Below the pieces are notes generated by a model. That model did not search any database, had not been told where the DNA came from, and saw only the letters and a list, made by a program, of their open reading frames with translations. 64,000 bases of DNA. Source: a virus. The stretch spans positions 1 through 64,000 of IMG/VR virus record IMGVR_UViG_3300005549_000002. The stretch is one strand, 5' to 3'. Below, piece by piece: positions 9,994 to 19,874 of this stretch; positions within the stretch are counted from its first letter, which is position 1; each line of letters opens with the position of its first letter. The translations under genes were made by a program, and so were the position numbers.

Positions 9994-10440
9994 ATGAGCT
10001 TCGCCGATTCGCTGAAACCGATCCTGTACGGCGCGCGCGCGTTCGCCGGCCAGCTCGGCTTTCGGCCGCACGCGGTCGAGATCCTCACGGGCGCGTGGTC
10101 GGGCGCGCATACGGGCGACGGCACCGAAACCGCGACCGCCCTCCCGATCGCCGAGTCGGGCGGGCAGCCTCCGAAAACCAGGTGGCTGAACGACGAGCAG
10201 ATCGCGCTCGGGGGCCTGCCGCGGGGCACGGTCGAAATCGGGCCCATCACGCCGAGCTTTCCGGGCGGCGGCACCTTGCTCGCGACCCTCGCGGGCGACG
10301 CCCTTGTCCGCGGCGAGACGATTCACGTGCGCATCACCGGTCCGAAGCACCCGTCGGGCGCGCTCTATCGATTGACGAGCCTCACCGCCGACAAGGCCCT
10401 GAGCTACAAGCTCCAAGCGCAGCCGGTCGCCACCGCATGA
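9994..10440 (+). CDS. Putative head-closure/neck protein
   Basis: Synteny and size (148 aa). Confidence 0.5.
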   Translation: MSFADSLKPILYGARAFAGQLGFRPHAVEILTGAWSGAHTGDGTETATALPIAESGGQPPKTRWLNDEQIALGGLPRGTVEIGPITPSFPGGGTLLATLAGDALVRGETIHVRITGPKHPSGALYRLTSLTADKALSYKLQAQPVATA

Positions 10441-11207
10441 CGCGCGCCGACTCGATGTTCCAAACATTCGGCGATCTGCACCTGCCGATCGACGCCGCCG
10501 ACGTCGCAACGACGCTCGAGCCGCTCGATCCCGGCCTCGGGAAACTGCTGGCGCTCTTCAAGACCGCCATCAATTCCGAGTACGGGCCCGTGTGGCACAA
10601 GGTCGTCGACGCGCTCCCCGTCGGGCACCCGCTTCGCGCGAGCGATCCGGTCGCCGACACGCTCGAGCTCGAGCCGAGCCCGTCGGTGATGCAGCAGCGC
10701 AAGGCGACGTGGCCGCTGCTTTGCCTGCACCGGACCGGCGAGGCGACCTACGAGCGCGTCATGCTCGACCAGGACCGCCTCACCCAGGAGTGGGGCCTAC
10801 ACTACATCCTCTCGCCGCTCGACATCGGCGATCTCAGGCGCCTCGCGCCGATCTGCGTCGCCGTCGGCAAGCTCATCCGCCTGGTCATCCGCCAGCGCGG
10901 TCACAAGAGCTACGAAGCCGGCGAGCTGCAGTTTTTTCCCGACAAGGGCGGCTTCGCCAGCATCGCGCTCGACTCGCAGGAGGGGCCGGGGCAGGCGTCC
11001 TTCGCGGGCGGCGACAACGATGGGCCGACCTACTACGCGGTCTCGTTCAAGCTCAAAACGACCGAGCTCGCGTACGACGATCTCGACGGGTACGGCGAGT
11101 ATGAGGGCACCGACGTGTCCGTCGGCGTCGGCACGGGCGATGCGATCGTTCCCGATCTCATCCAAGCCGACACCTCGCTTCCCGTCGATCCCGTCGGGGA
11201 CGACTGA
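10437..11207 (+). CDS. Putative tail terminator/neck protein
   Basis: ATGA overlap with previous gene (MTRADS); WPLLCLHR segment; synteny. Confidence 0.5.
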   Translation: MTRADSMFQTFGDLHLPIDAADVATTLEPLDPGLGKLLALFKTAINSEYGPVWHKVVDALPVGHPLRASDPVADTLELEPSPSVMQQRKATWPLLCLHRTGEATYERVMLDQDRLTQEWGLHYILSPLDIGDLRRLAPICVAVGKLIRLVIRQRGHKSYEAGELQFFPDKGGFASIALDSQEGPGQASFAGGDNDGPTYYAVSFKLKTTELAYDDLDGYGEYEGTDVSVGVGTGDAIVPDLIQADTSLPVDPVGDD

Positions 11208-11240
11208 CCGGTTTTTAATCGCAGCGCGAGGAGCGTCCCC

Positions 11241-11432
11241 ATGTCGATCATCGGCATCATCGTAGTCATCATCGTCGTCGGCGTGCTGCTCTACCTGGTG
11301 AACAGCGTTATCCCGATGGACCCGAAGGTGCGGATCATTCTTCAGGTCGTGGTCGTCCTCGCCCTGATCCTCTGGCTGCTCAACGTGTTCGGGCTCCTCT
11401 CCGGCAACATCGGCTCGACGCGGATCCGGTAG
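11241..11432 (+). CDS. Small two-TM membrane protein
   Basis: GAGGAG RBS; two hydrophobic helices around IPMDPKVR. Confidence 0.7.
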   Translation: MSIIGIIVVIIVVGVLLYLVNSVIPMDPKVRIILQVVVVLALILWLLNVFGLLSGNIGSTRIR

Positions 11433-11439
11433 TTCACGC

Positions 11440-11895
11440 GTGCGAGACGGGCCGATCAACATCGACAAGGTGCTGCGCGCCCACACCCGGTTCAAGCGCC
11501 TACACCATTCCCTCTTCGATCGCGAGGTGGAAAAGATCGGAAGGTTCGGCGTCCAGTACGTCAGAGACCACCCGACGTTCAAGCCGCGGACGGGCAACCT
11601 CCAGAAGCAAACCGATTTCCGGATCGTGCGGCTGCGGAGCGGCGCGATCGTCCAGATCCGAAACCGCGCCAAGTACGCGACGGCGATCGATACGGGCTCG
11701 CCGCGTCACATCATCGTGGCGCGCCGCGCGCAATGTCTCTCCTTCATCTGGAAAGGCGTGCGCGTGCGCTTTCGCTGGGTGATGCACCCCGGCAACCGAC
11801 CTTTCAAGTTTCTCTACCGCGCCAGCAACGCTGCCGGCCGCGTCTTCGTACCCAGGATGCACTCCGGCATGGAGCGCATCGCCAAGCAGTTCTGA
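11440..11895 (+). CDS. HK97-gp10-like tail completion protein
   Basis: Basic protein with RTGNLQ, AKYATAIDTG and VMHPGNRPFKFL motifs. Confidence 0.65.
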   Translation: MRDGPINIDKVLRAHTRFKRLHHSLFDREVEKIGRFGVQYVRDHPTFKPRTGNLQKQTDFRIVRLRSGAIVQIRNRAKYATAIDTGSPRHIIVARRAQCLSFIWKGVRVRFRWVMHPGNRPFKFLYRASNAAGRVFVPRMHSGMERIAKQF

Positions 11896-11907
11896 GGGGG
11901 CACTTCC

Positions 11908-12375
11908 ATGAAGCTGCGTTTTTACGCGAACGCCGACGCGCTCGTCTACATCCCGGGCTCGCGGGCCGGCATCGGACAGCCGGCTCACTACATCGGCCGG
12001 CGCTACCAGGCGCCGAAGGACGGCAAGCCCGCGTCCTACCCCGCCACCGAGGAGCCGTACGAGGTCGAGCTCGATCGGACGAGGCTCGTCGACGAGCAGA
12101 TTTTCCTTCGCTACATGAAGCTCACCCGGCGCGGCGACATCTTGCCCGCCGATGAGGCGACGGCCAAGGAGTGCGGCGCCGAGTACCGGGCCGCCACGTT
12201 CAAGGACGACGAGTGGACCCAGCCACCGAAACCGCCCGAGGCGCCGCCCCCGACCCTCGTTGGCAGCGAGCCGAGCGTCGTCACCTCGGCGCCGGCGGAC
12301 GCCGCCTTCCCGCCCCCGCCCGCGACCTACAAGCCTCTCGTCGACAAACGCCACCCACGCAAGGAGTCTGAGTAA
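11908..12375 (+). CDS. Hypothetical protein before sheath
   Basis: GAGGGG RBS; TAATG overlap with sheath; RRGDIL motif in the position of Mu gp38-like small proteins. Confidence 0.55.
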   Translation: MKLRFYANADALVYIPGSRAGIGQPAHYIGRRYQAPKDGKPASYPATEEPYEVELDRTRLVDEQIFLRYMKLTRRGDILPADEATAKECGAEYRAATFKDDEWTQPPKPPEAPPPTLVGSEPSVVTSAPADAAFPPPPATYKPLVDKRHPRKESE

Positions 12376-13928
12376 TGGGCGCTCCCGTCATTCCGATCAC
12401 CGGCATCGACGCGACTTGGCGCGTGCCGGGCGCCTACGCCGAAATCCTGTTCGCGCAAGGCCCGGCGACCGCGAGCGCGGGCGTTCGCGAAATCATCATC
12501 GTCATGCCGAAGCTTTCCGCGGGCCTGTGGACGGCGGCGACGAAGTACAAGGTCCAGAACGAGAAGGACGCCGAAGACGGCGCCGGCGCGGGCTCGCCGA
12601 TTCACCGCGCGGTTCGCATGATCCTACAGGCGAACAAGAACGCCAAGATCTGGGCCGTGCCGGTCTCCGAGACATCGGGCGGCAGCCCCATCGCCGCGAC
12701 CGCGGTCCTCACGATCGCGACCAACGCGACCGGGACCGGCACCCTCACCGTGACCATTTGCGGCGAGGAGTGCGCCTACACCTTCCTCAACACCAACACG
12801 CCGACGATCATCGGCGACGGCATCCGCGATGCTATCAACGCCAAGACGTGGCTGCCCGTCGTGGCCGTCAACGTGACCGGCACCGTCACCCTGACGGCGA
12901 AGCTGAAAGGGATCTCGCAAGGGACCGCCACGCTCGGCGTCATCCGCGTGCGGGCGACCATCACGGCCGGCGTCGGCACCACTGCGGTCTTCGGCGGCGC
13001 GTTTCTCGGGAGCGGCGCGACCGGCGTCGAGGGATCGACGACCGAGGCTGCCAACACCCTGACGGCGTTGAACACCATCGTCGCCGTCAACAAATACTAC
13101 CTGGTCTCGAGCGCGAACGACGCGACGACGCTCGGGCACTTCAAGACCCATTGCGCGACCAAAGCCGAGCCCCGGCAAGGGATCTTCTCGGTCACCATCG
13201 CTGGCTACACCGGCTCGGCGGCGACGGCGCAGACGCTCGCGACGGGCAAAAACTACGAGCGGCTCGCCCTCTATTGCCAGCCGAACAGCGAGCACGACTC
13301 CGCCGAGATCGCGGGCAACGTGGCGGCGATTCGGCAAAAACGCGAGCAGACCGACAGCTCGTACAACCTCGCCGGCTACAGCGAGCCGGATTGGCTCATC
13401 AAGCAGGCGTTCGCCGACGCCGATTGGCCCGACGCCGACGATCTCAACGACATGATCAACGACGGCGTCAGCCCCATCGCCTCGAAAGAGGGCGGGTCCT
13501 ACCTCGTCATGTCGGTCAACACACGTTCGAAGATTTCGACGGGGACCATCGACGATTTTCGCGCGTGCGAGACGCACCGGGTTTCCGCCGCCGACGAATT
13601 CGTGACCCAGATGGTGAACCAGGCGCGGCTCGATCACCAGGGCAAGAAGCTCGAGAACGACCAGTTTCTGGCGGACGGCACCGTCAACCCGAGCCAGCCG
13701 CGCAAGCGCGGTGTCATCCGGCCCTCGACGCTGCGCAAGCCCATCTGCCTGCAGCTCGACGAATTCGAGGCCGCCGGCAAGCTGCAGAACGTGCAGAAGT
13801 CGAAGGACTCGCTTCGCACCGTGAAATCGCCTGCGAACGCTGCGCGCGTGGAATGCGGGCTCGATCTCTACGTCATCGATCACGCCCACCAGTTCACGTT
13901 CCGGGTCGCCGAAAACAGCACCGGCTGA
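12375..13928 (+). CDS. Contractile tail sheath protein (Mu gpL-like)
   Basis: WRVPGAYAEI, GAGSPIHRAV and NDGVSPI motifs; 517 aa. Confidence 0.85.
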   Translation: MGAPVIPITGIDATWRVPGAYAEILFAQGPATASAGVREIIIVMPKLSAGLWTAATKYKVQNEKDAEDGAGAGSPIHRAVRMILQANKNAKIWAVPVSETSGGSPIAATAVLTIATNATGTGTLTVTICGEECAYTFLNTNTPTIIGDGIRDAINAKTWLPVVAVNVTGTVTLTAKLKGISQGTATLGVIRVRATITAGVGTTAVFGGAFLGSGATGVEGSTTEAANTLTALNTIVAVNKYYLVSSANDATTLGHFKTHCATKAEPRQGIFSVTIAGYTGSAATAQTLATGKNYERLALYCQPNSEHDSAEIAGNVAAIRQKREQTDSSYNLAGYSEPDWLIKQAFADADWPDADDLNDMINDGVSPIASKEGGSYLVMSVNTRSKISTGTIDDFRACETHRVSAADEFVTQMVNQARLDHQGKKLENDQFLADGTVNPSQPRKRGVIRPSTLRKPICLQLDEFEAAGKLQNVQKSKDSLRTVKSPANAARVECGLDLYVIDHAHQFTFRVAENSTG

Positions 13929-13950
13929 CCGAGAAAGGTAACGACGCAGC

Positions 13951-14328
13951 ATGGGAACGTTCCAGGATTTTGCACAAATTGGTCTCATGTATGGCGGCAA
14001 TGAGCTGAAGATGCTCACGTCCGTCAAGATGACGACCGACAGCGGGCAGCAGCCCGTGGACCTTCTGAACGAGGGCCTTTCCGGGTTCACGCCCGGCTCG
14101 GGCCGCGTGACCGTCGACATCGGCTACGCGGTGCCGATCGGCGGCCCCGAGGCGCCCTACCAGCAGGATTGCGCCGCCGGCAGTTTCGTGACGCTGCAGG
14201 TCTTCGAGGGCGCGCTCTCGTACATCGGCAAGGGCAAGATCATCAACAACGAGGTCGGGCAATCGACGAACAACCCGATGGAAGGCTCGTGCCAGTGGAT
14301 GGGACCGCTCGCGCCGATCGAGATCTGA
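13951..14328 (+). CDS. Tail tube protein
   Basis: 125 aa directly after sheath; GLSGFTPG segment. Confidence 0.75.
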   Translation: MGTFQDFAQIGLMYGGNELKMLTSVKMTTDSGQQPVDLLNEGLSGFTPGSGRVTVDIGYAVPIGGPEAPYQQDCAAGSFVTLQVFEGALSYIGKGKIINNEVGQSTNNPMEGSCQWMGPLAPIEI

Positions 14329-14346
14329 GCCCCCCAAAAATATAAC

Positions 14347-14476
14347 GGAACGGCGCCGAGCGCGTGGCATGGGATAGGGACCCAGGCTCGGCAAGGTCGT
14401 TTCACAAAGCGAAAGCCCCGAGGCAGCCCCCGCGTCCCTATCGCGTCGGGCCGCCATCGGGGCTTTCGGTTTATTT
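14347..14476 (+). ncRNA. Structured intergenic RNA: two hairpins with complementary loops
   Basis: Stem GCCGAGC/GCTCGGC (14355-61/14386-92) with loop GATAGGGAC; 12-bp stem 14410-21/14457-68 with loop GTCCCTATC; T-rich tail. Confidence 0.55.
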
Positions 14477-14495
14477 GCCGCGAGGAAACCATTCC

Positions 14496-15266
14496 ATGGC
14501 AGGACCGCCCGTCGACATCGAGCAGAGCGAACTCTTCCGGAAACTATGCGAGCCCGGCCCGAGCGAAGTGATCGATTTCCCGCGCCGCAAGGCCAACGGC
14601 GAACCGATCGGCAGCGTTCGCATCCAGGTGCTCACGCAAGAGGAGCACGACCGGGCGCGCACCTTCGCCCACCGCGGGATGAAACTGCAGGGGTTCGACA
14701 AGGACGATCTCAAGGACGCCACCATCCAGGAGATCACCGGCGACGCGATCGCGCGCGAGCTCTTGGCCATGGCGTGCCTCACCGTCACGGGCCCCGAGGA
14801 CGACACGGGGGCGCCCCTCCTCGGCCGCGTGTTTCGCAACGCCGACGATCTGAAAAAACTCCGGCCCGACGAGATCGCGTTTCTCTTCTCGGCCTACCTC
14901 CTGGTGCAATCGAAATACGGGCCGTTTGAAAAGATCATCGGCTCGCCCGAGGATCTCAACGCCTGGATCAAGCGTCTCAAGGAGGGCGGCTCGGAGTTCC
15001 CTTTACTTCGGTTGCAATTGCCTCAATTGGCCCAACTAGCCTACTCGTTGGCGGAAAGAGTCTCTTTGCTCTACGGCATCCTGGAATCCCAGCGACCGAA
15101 CTTGCCGCCTATTTTGGTGTCGCTCCTCGACGACTTCTCTATGGGCACTGGCTCGTTTGGCGAGCCTGCTGCGAGCTCCACCGCGACCGATGGGGAAAGC
15201 TCAGCTGACGAGGGGCCCACCGTTGGGCAGGTGACGACGGTCGCCGAGCAGCTGCGGGGCGCCTGA
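14496..15266 (+). CDS. Tail assembly chaperone with putative -1 frameshift
   Basis: Between tube and tape measure; start MAGPPVDI after GAGGA; slippery C CCT TTA at 14999-15005; -1 frame open to TGA 15206-15208. Confidence 0.75.
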   Translation: MAGPPVDIEQSELFRKLCEPGPSEVIDFPRRKANGEPIGSVRIQVLTQEEHDRARTFAHRGMKLQGFDKDDLKDATIQEITGDAIARELLAMACLTVTGPEDDTGAPLLGRVFRNADDLKKLRPDEIAFLFSAYLLVQSKYGPFEKIIGSPEDLNAWIKRLKEGGSEFPLLRLQLPQLAQLAYSLAERVSLLYGILESQRPNLPPILVSLLDDFSMGTGSFGEPAASSTATDGESSADEGPTVGQVTTVAEQLRGA

Positions 15267-15267
15267 G

Positions 15268-17580
15268 GTGGCGCTGCTCCAATACGACATCAAGGTTGTC
15301 GGCAAGGAATCGGTCGATCGCGCGCTCGCCGGCATCGAGGCGCGCCTGCGCCAGCACAACGCGACGGTCGGCCGCATCAGCGGCGACGTGGGCGGCGCGC
15401 GGCGCGCGGGCACGGCCCCGGCGACGGCGCAGCGGCGTTTCCAATCCTCCGCCGCGCAGCACTTCAAGGAGGTCGACCGCGATCAGAAAAAGGCGATCGC
15501 GGATGAGGCGAAGCTCAAGACCAAGGGGCTGCGCGACGAGCACCGCGTCCGTAACCAAATCAACTCCCTCAACATCCGGGAGCTGAAAAAAGAAGAGCGG
15601 CTGCGCGCCTCGATGGCGACCCGCGACGAGCGGATCATCAGGCGCCAGGCGCGCGCGCGAAGCGAGTTTGCCCAGGCGACGATCGGACACGGCGTCGGCC
15701 GCGCGGCGGGAACCATCAAGGCCGTCGGCGCGGCGGGCGCGGGCCTGCTCGGCGTGGGCGGCGCGGGCCTCGCGGCAACGGCCGTCGCCGGCGCGACGCG
15801 GCTCGACGACAAGGTCCGGCGCCTCATCATCTCCGGCCGGCAGGGCGGCGAGATTTCCAAGTACCACCCCGAGGAGCTCTCCAAGCAATTTCAGCGCACC
15901 GGCATCGAGACGGGCCTTGACCCCGAGGCGGTCGCGGGCGGCGTGCAGGCGTTCGTCACCAAGACGGGCGACATCGAAACGGCGATCAAGAACCACAAGA
16001 CCTTCGCCAAGGTCGCGCAGGCAACGGGCGCCGCCGTGGAGGATGTCGCCTCGGCCGCCGCGGACATGTCCGAGAAGATGGGCATCAAGTCCGTCGAGCA
16101 AATGCAAGAGGCCTTGGCGACGCTCACCCTCCAGGGGAAAAAGGGCGCGTTCGAGCTGAAGGACGCCGCCCAGCAGCTTCCCGAAATCCTCGCCGACGCG
16201 GCGAGCTTCGGCATCAAGGGCAACGCCGGCCTGACCCAGCTCGGCGGGTTTCTGCAGATCGCCCGGCAGGCGACGGGCAGCGGCGCGGAGACGGCGACGG
16301 CGACGTCCGCGGCATTCCGGCAGCTCAAGGCAAAGTCCGCCGACATCCAATCGGGCGGGGCTTTCAGCGGGCGCGCGGTGCAGGTCTTCGAGGGCGGCGA
16401 TCCGACCAAGCCCCTGCGCGACTTCAACGAGATCCTCGGCGACGTGATTTCCGCCTCGCGCGGCAACCTCGTCCAGCTGCAGGAGGTCTTCGACGTGCGC
16501 GGCATCCGCGCCGTCAATCCGCTCATCACGACCTTTCGCAACGCGAGCGAGGCGGCGGGCGGCGGCGACAAGGGCGCGAAGGCGGGGCGCGCCGCCGTGA
16601 TCGGGCAGCTGAAGGAGGCGGCGACCGTCAAGGGGGGCTTTGGCGAGATCGAGAAGGACAGCGCCGCGGCCATGCAGTCTTTCGCGGTGCAGATGTCCAT
16701 CGTCGAGATGCGTTTCAAGCAGGCGATGGCCGGCGAGCTCTTGCCGCAGCTCATCAAACTCGGCCCCGAGATCGGCAAGCTCGTGCCGTACGTCGGGCGC
16801 GCAACGAAGATGTTCGTCGATCTGGTGTCCTTTCTGCTCGCGCACCCTTTCCAGGCGGTCGCGATCATCGTCGCGACGCAGCTCGCCGCCGATTTTGCCA
16901 AGGCGCGGCTCGGCAACCTCGTCGGCGGCCTCATTGGCAAGGCGTTCATGGGGGTCAGGACGCCGGCGGCGGGCGCCGTCGGCGGCGGCGTCGGCGGTGG
17001 TGGTGGCGGGGGCGCAGCTCCGACGGGCGGGTTTCTCCGTGGTAACCCCGGGCTCGCCGGCGCGGCCAGCGCCGCGGGGGCGGGCCTCGCGCTCGGGCTC
17101 ACCATCGGATCGGCCATCATCACGGCGAACGTGGTCAATTTCGAGGCCGGCGAGGCGCAGATGAAGTCGAGCGGCGAGCTGCTCAACAAGATCCGCGAGA
17201 TGAATTCGCCCGAGCAGGCGAAGGAAGCGCGCAAACTCGTCGAGGAGCAGCGCGTCGTGGTCGGCGACACGAAAAAGACGGGCGTCTTCGAATCGATCGC
17301 CAGCGCCGTCATGCCCGACAGCTGGGCGCATAGCATGGCGCAAACGGTCGGAACTGCGGCGAGCGACACCGAGGTCAAGACCCAGGAGTCGTTCCTCGCC
17401 GAGATGGAAATGCAGCTGCGTAAACTCAATGCGCTGGAGGATATCGCCAAACGGCTCAGCACCGCCGGCGTGAGCCAGGAAGCCGCCGCCGTGGAACTGA
17501 GCGCCGCCGCTAAGAAGCTCGGCCTCGCTAGCCCGAACCGCGGCAACACACCGAGCCCCGTAGGCCCAGCCAAAACATGA
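15268..17580 (+). CDS. Tape measure protein
   Basis: 770 aa, Ala/Gly-rich helical; QGKKGAFELKD motif; hydrophobic segments; synteny. Confidence 0.85.
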   Translation: MALLQYDIKVVGKESVDRALAGIEARLRQHNATVGRISGDVGGARRAGTAPATAQRRFQSSAAQHFKEVDRDQKKAIADEAKLKTKGLRDEHRVRNQINSLNIRELKKEERLRASMATRDERIIRRQARARSEFAQATIGHGVGRAAGTIKAVGAAGAGLLGVGGAGLAATAVAGATRLDDKVRRLIISGRQGGEISKYHPEELSKQFQRTGIETGLDPEAVAGGVQAFVTKTGDIETAIKNHKTFAKVAQATGAAVEDVASAAADMSEKMGIKSVEQMQEALATLTLQGKKGAFELKDAAQQLPEILADAASFGIKGNAGLTQLGGFLQIARQATGSGAETATATSAAFRQLKAKSADIQSGGAFSGRAVQVFEGGDPTKPLRDFNEILGDVISASRGNLVQLQEVFDVRGIRAVNPLITTFRNASEAAGGGDKGAKAGRAAVIGQLKEAATVKGGFGEIEKDSAAAMQSFAVQMSIVEMRFKQAMAGELLPQLIKLGPEIGKLVPYVGRATKMFVDLVSFLLAHPFQAVAIIVATQLAADFAKARLGNLVGGLIGKAFMGVRTPAAGAVGGGVGGGGGGGAAPTGGFLRGNPGLAGAASAAGAGLALGLTIGSAIITANVVNFEAGEAQMKSSGELLNKIREMNSPEQAKEARKLVEEQRVVVGDTKKTGVFESIASAVMPDSWAHSMAQTVGTAASDTEVKTQESFLAEMEMQLRKLNALEDIAKRLSTAGVSQEAAAVELSAAAKKLGLASPNRGNTPSPVGPAKT

Positions 17581-18482
17581 CCGACGTCTTCCGACTCCTC
17601 CAACCCTTCGAGTGGCGCGGCCGCCGCTACCCGCTGACGGCGCGGCAGATCACGTTCCAGCACGAGAACGCGCCGCACAAGGTGCAGTACCGCGACGGCG
17701 AGTTTGTCGACATGACGGGCGCGACGGGGTTTTCCTTCTCGTACACGATCCCGATGCGCGAGGACATCGCCAAGGGCCCCTACAAGAACCTCTTCAACGA
17801 GGGGCTGCCGATCCTCCTGCGCGACATCCGCCTGCGCACGCCCGGCATCCTCATCGATCCGGTGCTCGGCCAGTTCCGGTGCGTGCCGCAAACCTTCACC
17901 GACGAGTCCGACGTCCAGCGCCGCGACGGCGACGACATACGGCTCGAGTTCAAGCAAGCGCCCGAATTCGACGCCGACGATCCGGCCATCCGCGACAACC
18001 TGACGGGCATCAATGGCCTCGTCTCCGACGCGGGGCAGCTCGATCAAGCGCTCACCAAGGCCGACTGGAAACAAGAGCCGTCGCCCGAGGGCGTGACGGA
18101 TATCCTTTCGCAGCTGAGCGGCATCGGGAGCGGCGTGCTCCGTCAAAAAAACCGCGTCTCCGCCTACCTCAACGATCTCGCCTTCAAGCTCGAGAAGATC
18201 GAGGACACGGCCGACAAGGTCGAGAACCCTCAGAACTGGGGCCTTCGCAACGACGTGCGCCGCATGCGTGACGTGGTGACGCAGCTGAACCTGCGCGCCG
18301 CGGAAAACCCCGTGCGCAAGTTTCGCCGCATCACCAAGAACGTGGCGATCACCGTCTCCGCGCTCGCCGCCGAGCTCGACATGACCCTCGAAGAACTGAT
18401 CAAGTTAAACCCGGCGCTCGTGAAACTGCCCATGGTGCCGGCCGGGACCAAAGTCACGGCGTACGCCGCGAAGACAGCCTAG
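17577..18482 (+). CDS. Mu gpN-like DNA circularisation/tube initiator protein with C-terminal LysM-like domain
   Basis: FEWRG..HKVQYRDGEFVDMTG, GILIDPVLG; C-terminal ELIKLNPAL...PAGTKV. Confidence 0.7.
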   Translation: MTDVFRLLQPFEWRGRRYPLTARQITFQHENAPHKVQYRDGEFVDMTGATGFSFSYTIPMREDIAKGPYKNLFNEGLPILLRDIRLRTPGILIDPVLGQFRCVPQTFTDESDVQRRDGDDIRLEFKQAPEFDADDPAIRDNLTGINGLVSDAGQLDQALTKADWKQEPSPEGVTDILSQLSGIGSGVLRQKNRVSAYLNDLAFKLEKIEDTADKVENPQNWGLRNDVRRMRDVVTQLNLRAAENPVRKFRRITKNVAITVSALAAELDMTLEELIKLNPALVKLPMVPAGTKVTAYAAKTA

Positions 18483-18488
18483 CCCGCC

Positions 18489-19874
18489 GTGCCTTACGAC
18501 TCACCGCCGACGACCGTCGCGCCGCGCGGCGGCGCCCCCGGCGAGCCGCCCGAGACGCCGCTGCTCGTGCGCTTTCCCGGGCTCGGGCGCGAGACGACAT
18601 CGATCACCGCCTGGTCCATCGACTCGAACTACATGACCTCGACCGACGGGTTCGAGTTCACCCTCTACGACGAGAACATCGAGAACACCCGGCACCTCGA
18701 GCTTCAGCCCGTGGAGCTCATCGTCAACGGCCAATCGCGCCTCATCGGCCGCATTGACCACACGCGGCGCGGCGACGACGGCCTTGCCATTACGTGCATG
18801 GGGCGCGACTTCATCGGCGACATCCTCGAGTGTAACGTCGATCCGCTGCTCAAGATCAAGGAGGGCGACGAGCTGCTCAACGCCATCACGACCGCGGCCG
18901 GGCCCGCCGGCATCAACGCCGTCTTCGACGACGACGGCGCCATGCGGGAGCTCCGGGCCGGCCGCAAGGTGAAGGTCCGGCAGAAAAAACCGAGCAAGAA
19001 AAAGAAGAAGTTGAACGAGTACAAGCCGATGCCCGGTCAGGGCATGTATGAGTTCCTCAACAAGATCAGCGCGCGCGAGGGCGTCACGCTGCAGGCCGGG
19101 CCGAACCGCAACACGCTCGTGATTTCGAGCCCGAACTACGACCAGGATCCGCTCTACCGGATCTTCCGGACGCGCGACCAGCTGACCGGTGCCCATAACA
19201 ACATCGAGAGCGCCGTCGCCGACCGCGATTTTTCCAAGATGCCGACGTACGTGATCGTGCAGGGCGCGTATGCCAAGCCCGGGCAGAAGGGCGATCGCTT
19301 CACCCAGATGTTCGACATGTGGAGCATTTCGGCCCGGTTCGTGAGCGAGCTCGGTAGGAGCCTGCAGGACGTCACGGTGTCGAGCCGATGGGTGCCGGGC
19401 CAGAATCCGGCCGAGGAGGTGCTGCGCGGCGCGCTCTACCGGCTGCTCGTCATCCGCGACGACGACGCGCGCAGCGCCGAGCAAATCGAAAAATCGGCCA
19501 AGCGCGCCATCGCCGAGCGCATGAAGGACACGCTCGAGTACCGCGTCACCTTGAAGGGGCACATCGCCCCCGACTCGGGCGCGCTCTATTCCCAGGACAC
19601 GATGATCCAGGTCGACGACGAGATTGCCGATTTGCACGAGGTGCTCTGGGTCGCGGGCGCGCGCCTCAGCTACAAGCCGCGCGAGGGCCCGAAGACCGAT
19701 CTCGTGTGCTGGCGCCCGGAGTCGTTCCTGATCGACGAGCCGTACCAGCCCGGGGACTCGGGGCCGCCGAAGAAGAAGAAGGAGCCCGAAAAGAAACCCG
19801 AGGACAAGATCGCGCCGCTCATCGATTTGACGGGCGTGGCCCGCGACGACGACGAGGTGCAGCGAAAACTATGA
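18489..19874 (+). CDS. Baseplate hub protein (Mu gpP-like)
   Basis: WSIDSNYMTSTDGFEF, GRDFIGDILEC, PGQGMYEFL motifs; synteny. Confidence 0.75.
   Translation: MPYDSPPTTVAPRGGAPGEPPETPLLVRFPGLGRETTSITAWSIDSNYMTSTDGFEFTLYDENIENTRHLELQPVELIVNGQSRLIGRIDHTRRGDDGLAITCMGRDFIGDILECNVDPLLKIKEGDELLNAITTAAGPAGINAVFDDDGAMRELRAGRKVKVRQKKPSKKKKKLNEYKPMPGQGMYEFLNKISAREGVTLQAGPNRNTLVISSPNYDQDPLYRIFRTRDQLTGAHNNIESAVADRDFSKMPTYVIVQGAYAKPGQKGDRFTQMFDMWSISARFVSELGRSLQDVTVSSRWVPGQNPAEEVLRGALYRLLVIRDDDARSAEQIEKSAKRAIAERMKDTLEYRVTLKGHIAPDSGALYSQDTMIQVDDEIADLHEVLWVAGARLSYKPREGPKTDLVCWRPESFLIDEPYQPGDSGPPKKKKEPEKKPEDKIAPLIDLTGVARDDDEVQRKL

Noticed and set aside
12152-18146. Long alternative-frame and antisense ORFs (e.g. 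12152-14008, 12624-14120, 15139-17343, 15891-18146)
   Set aside because: Shadow ORFs expected in high-GC DNA; they overlap well-supported sheath and tape measure genes.
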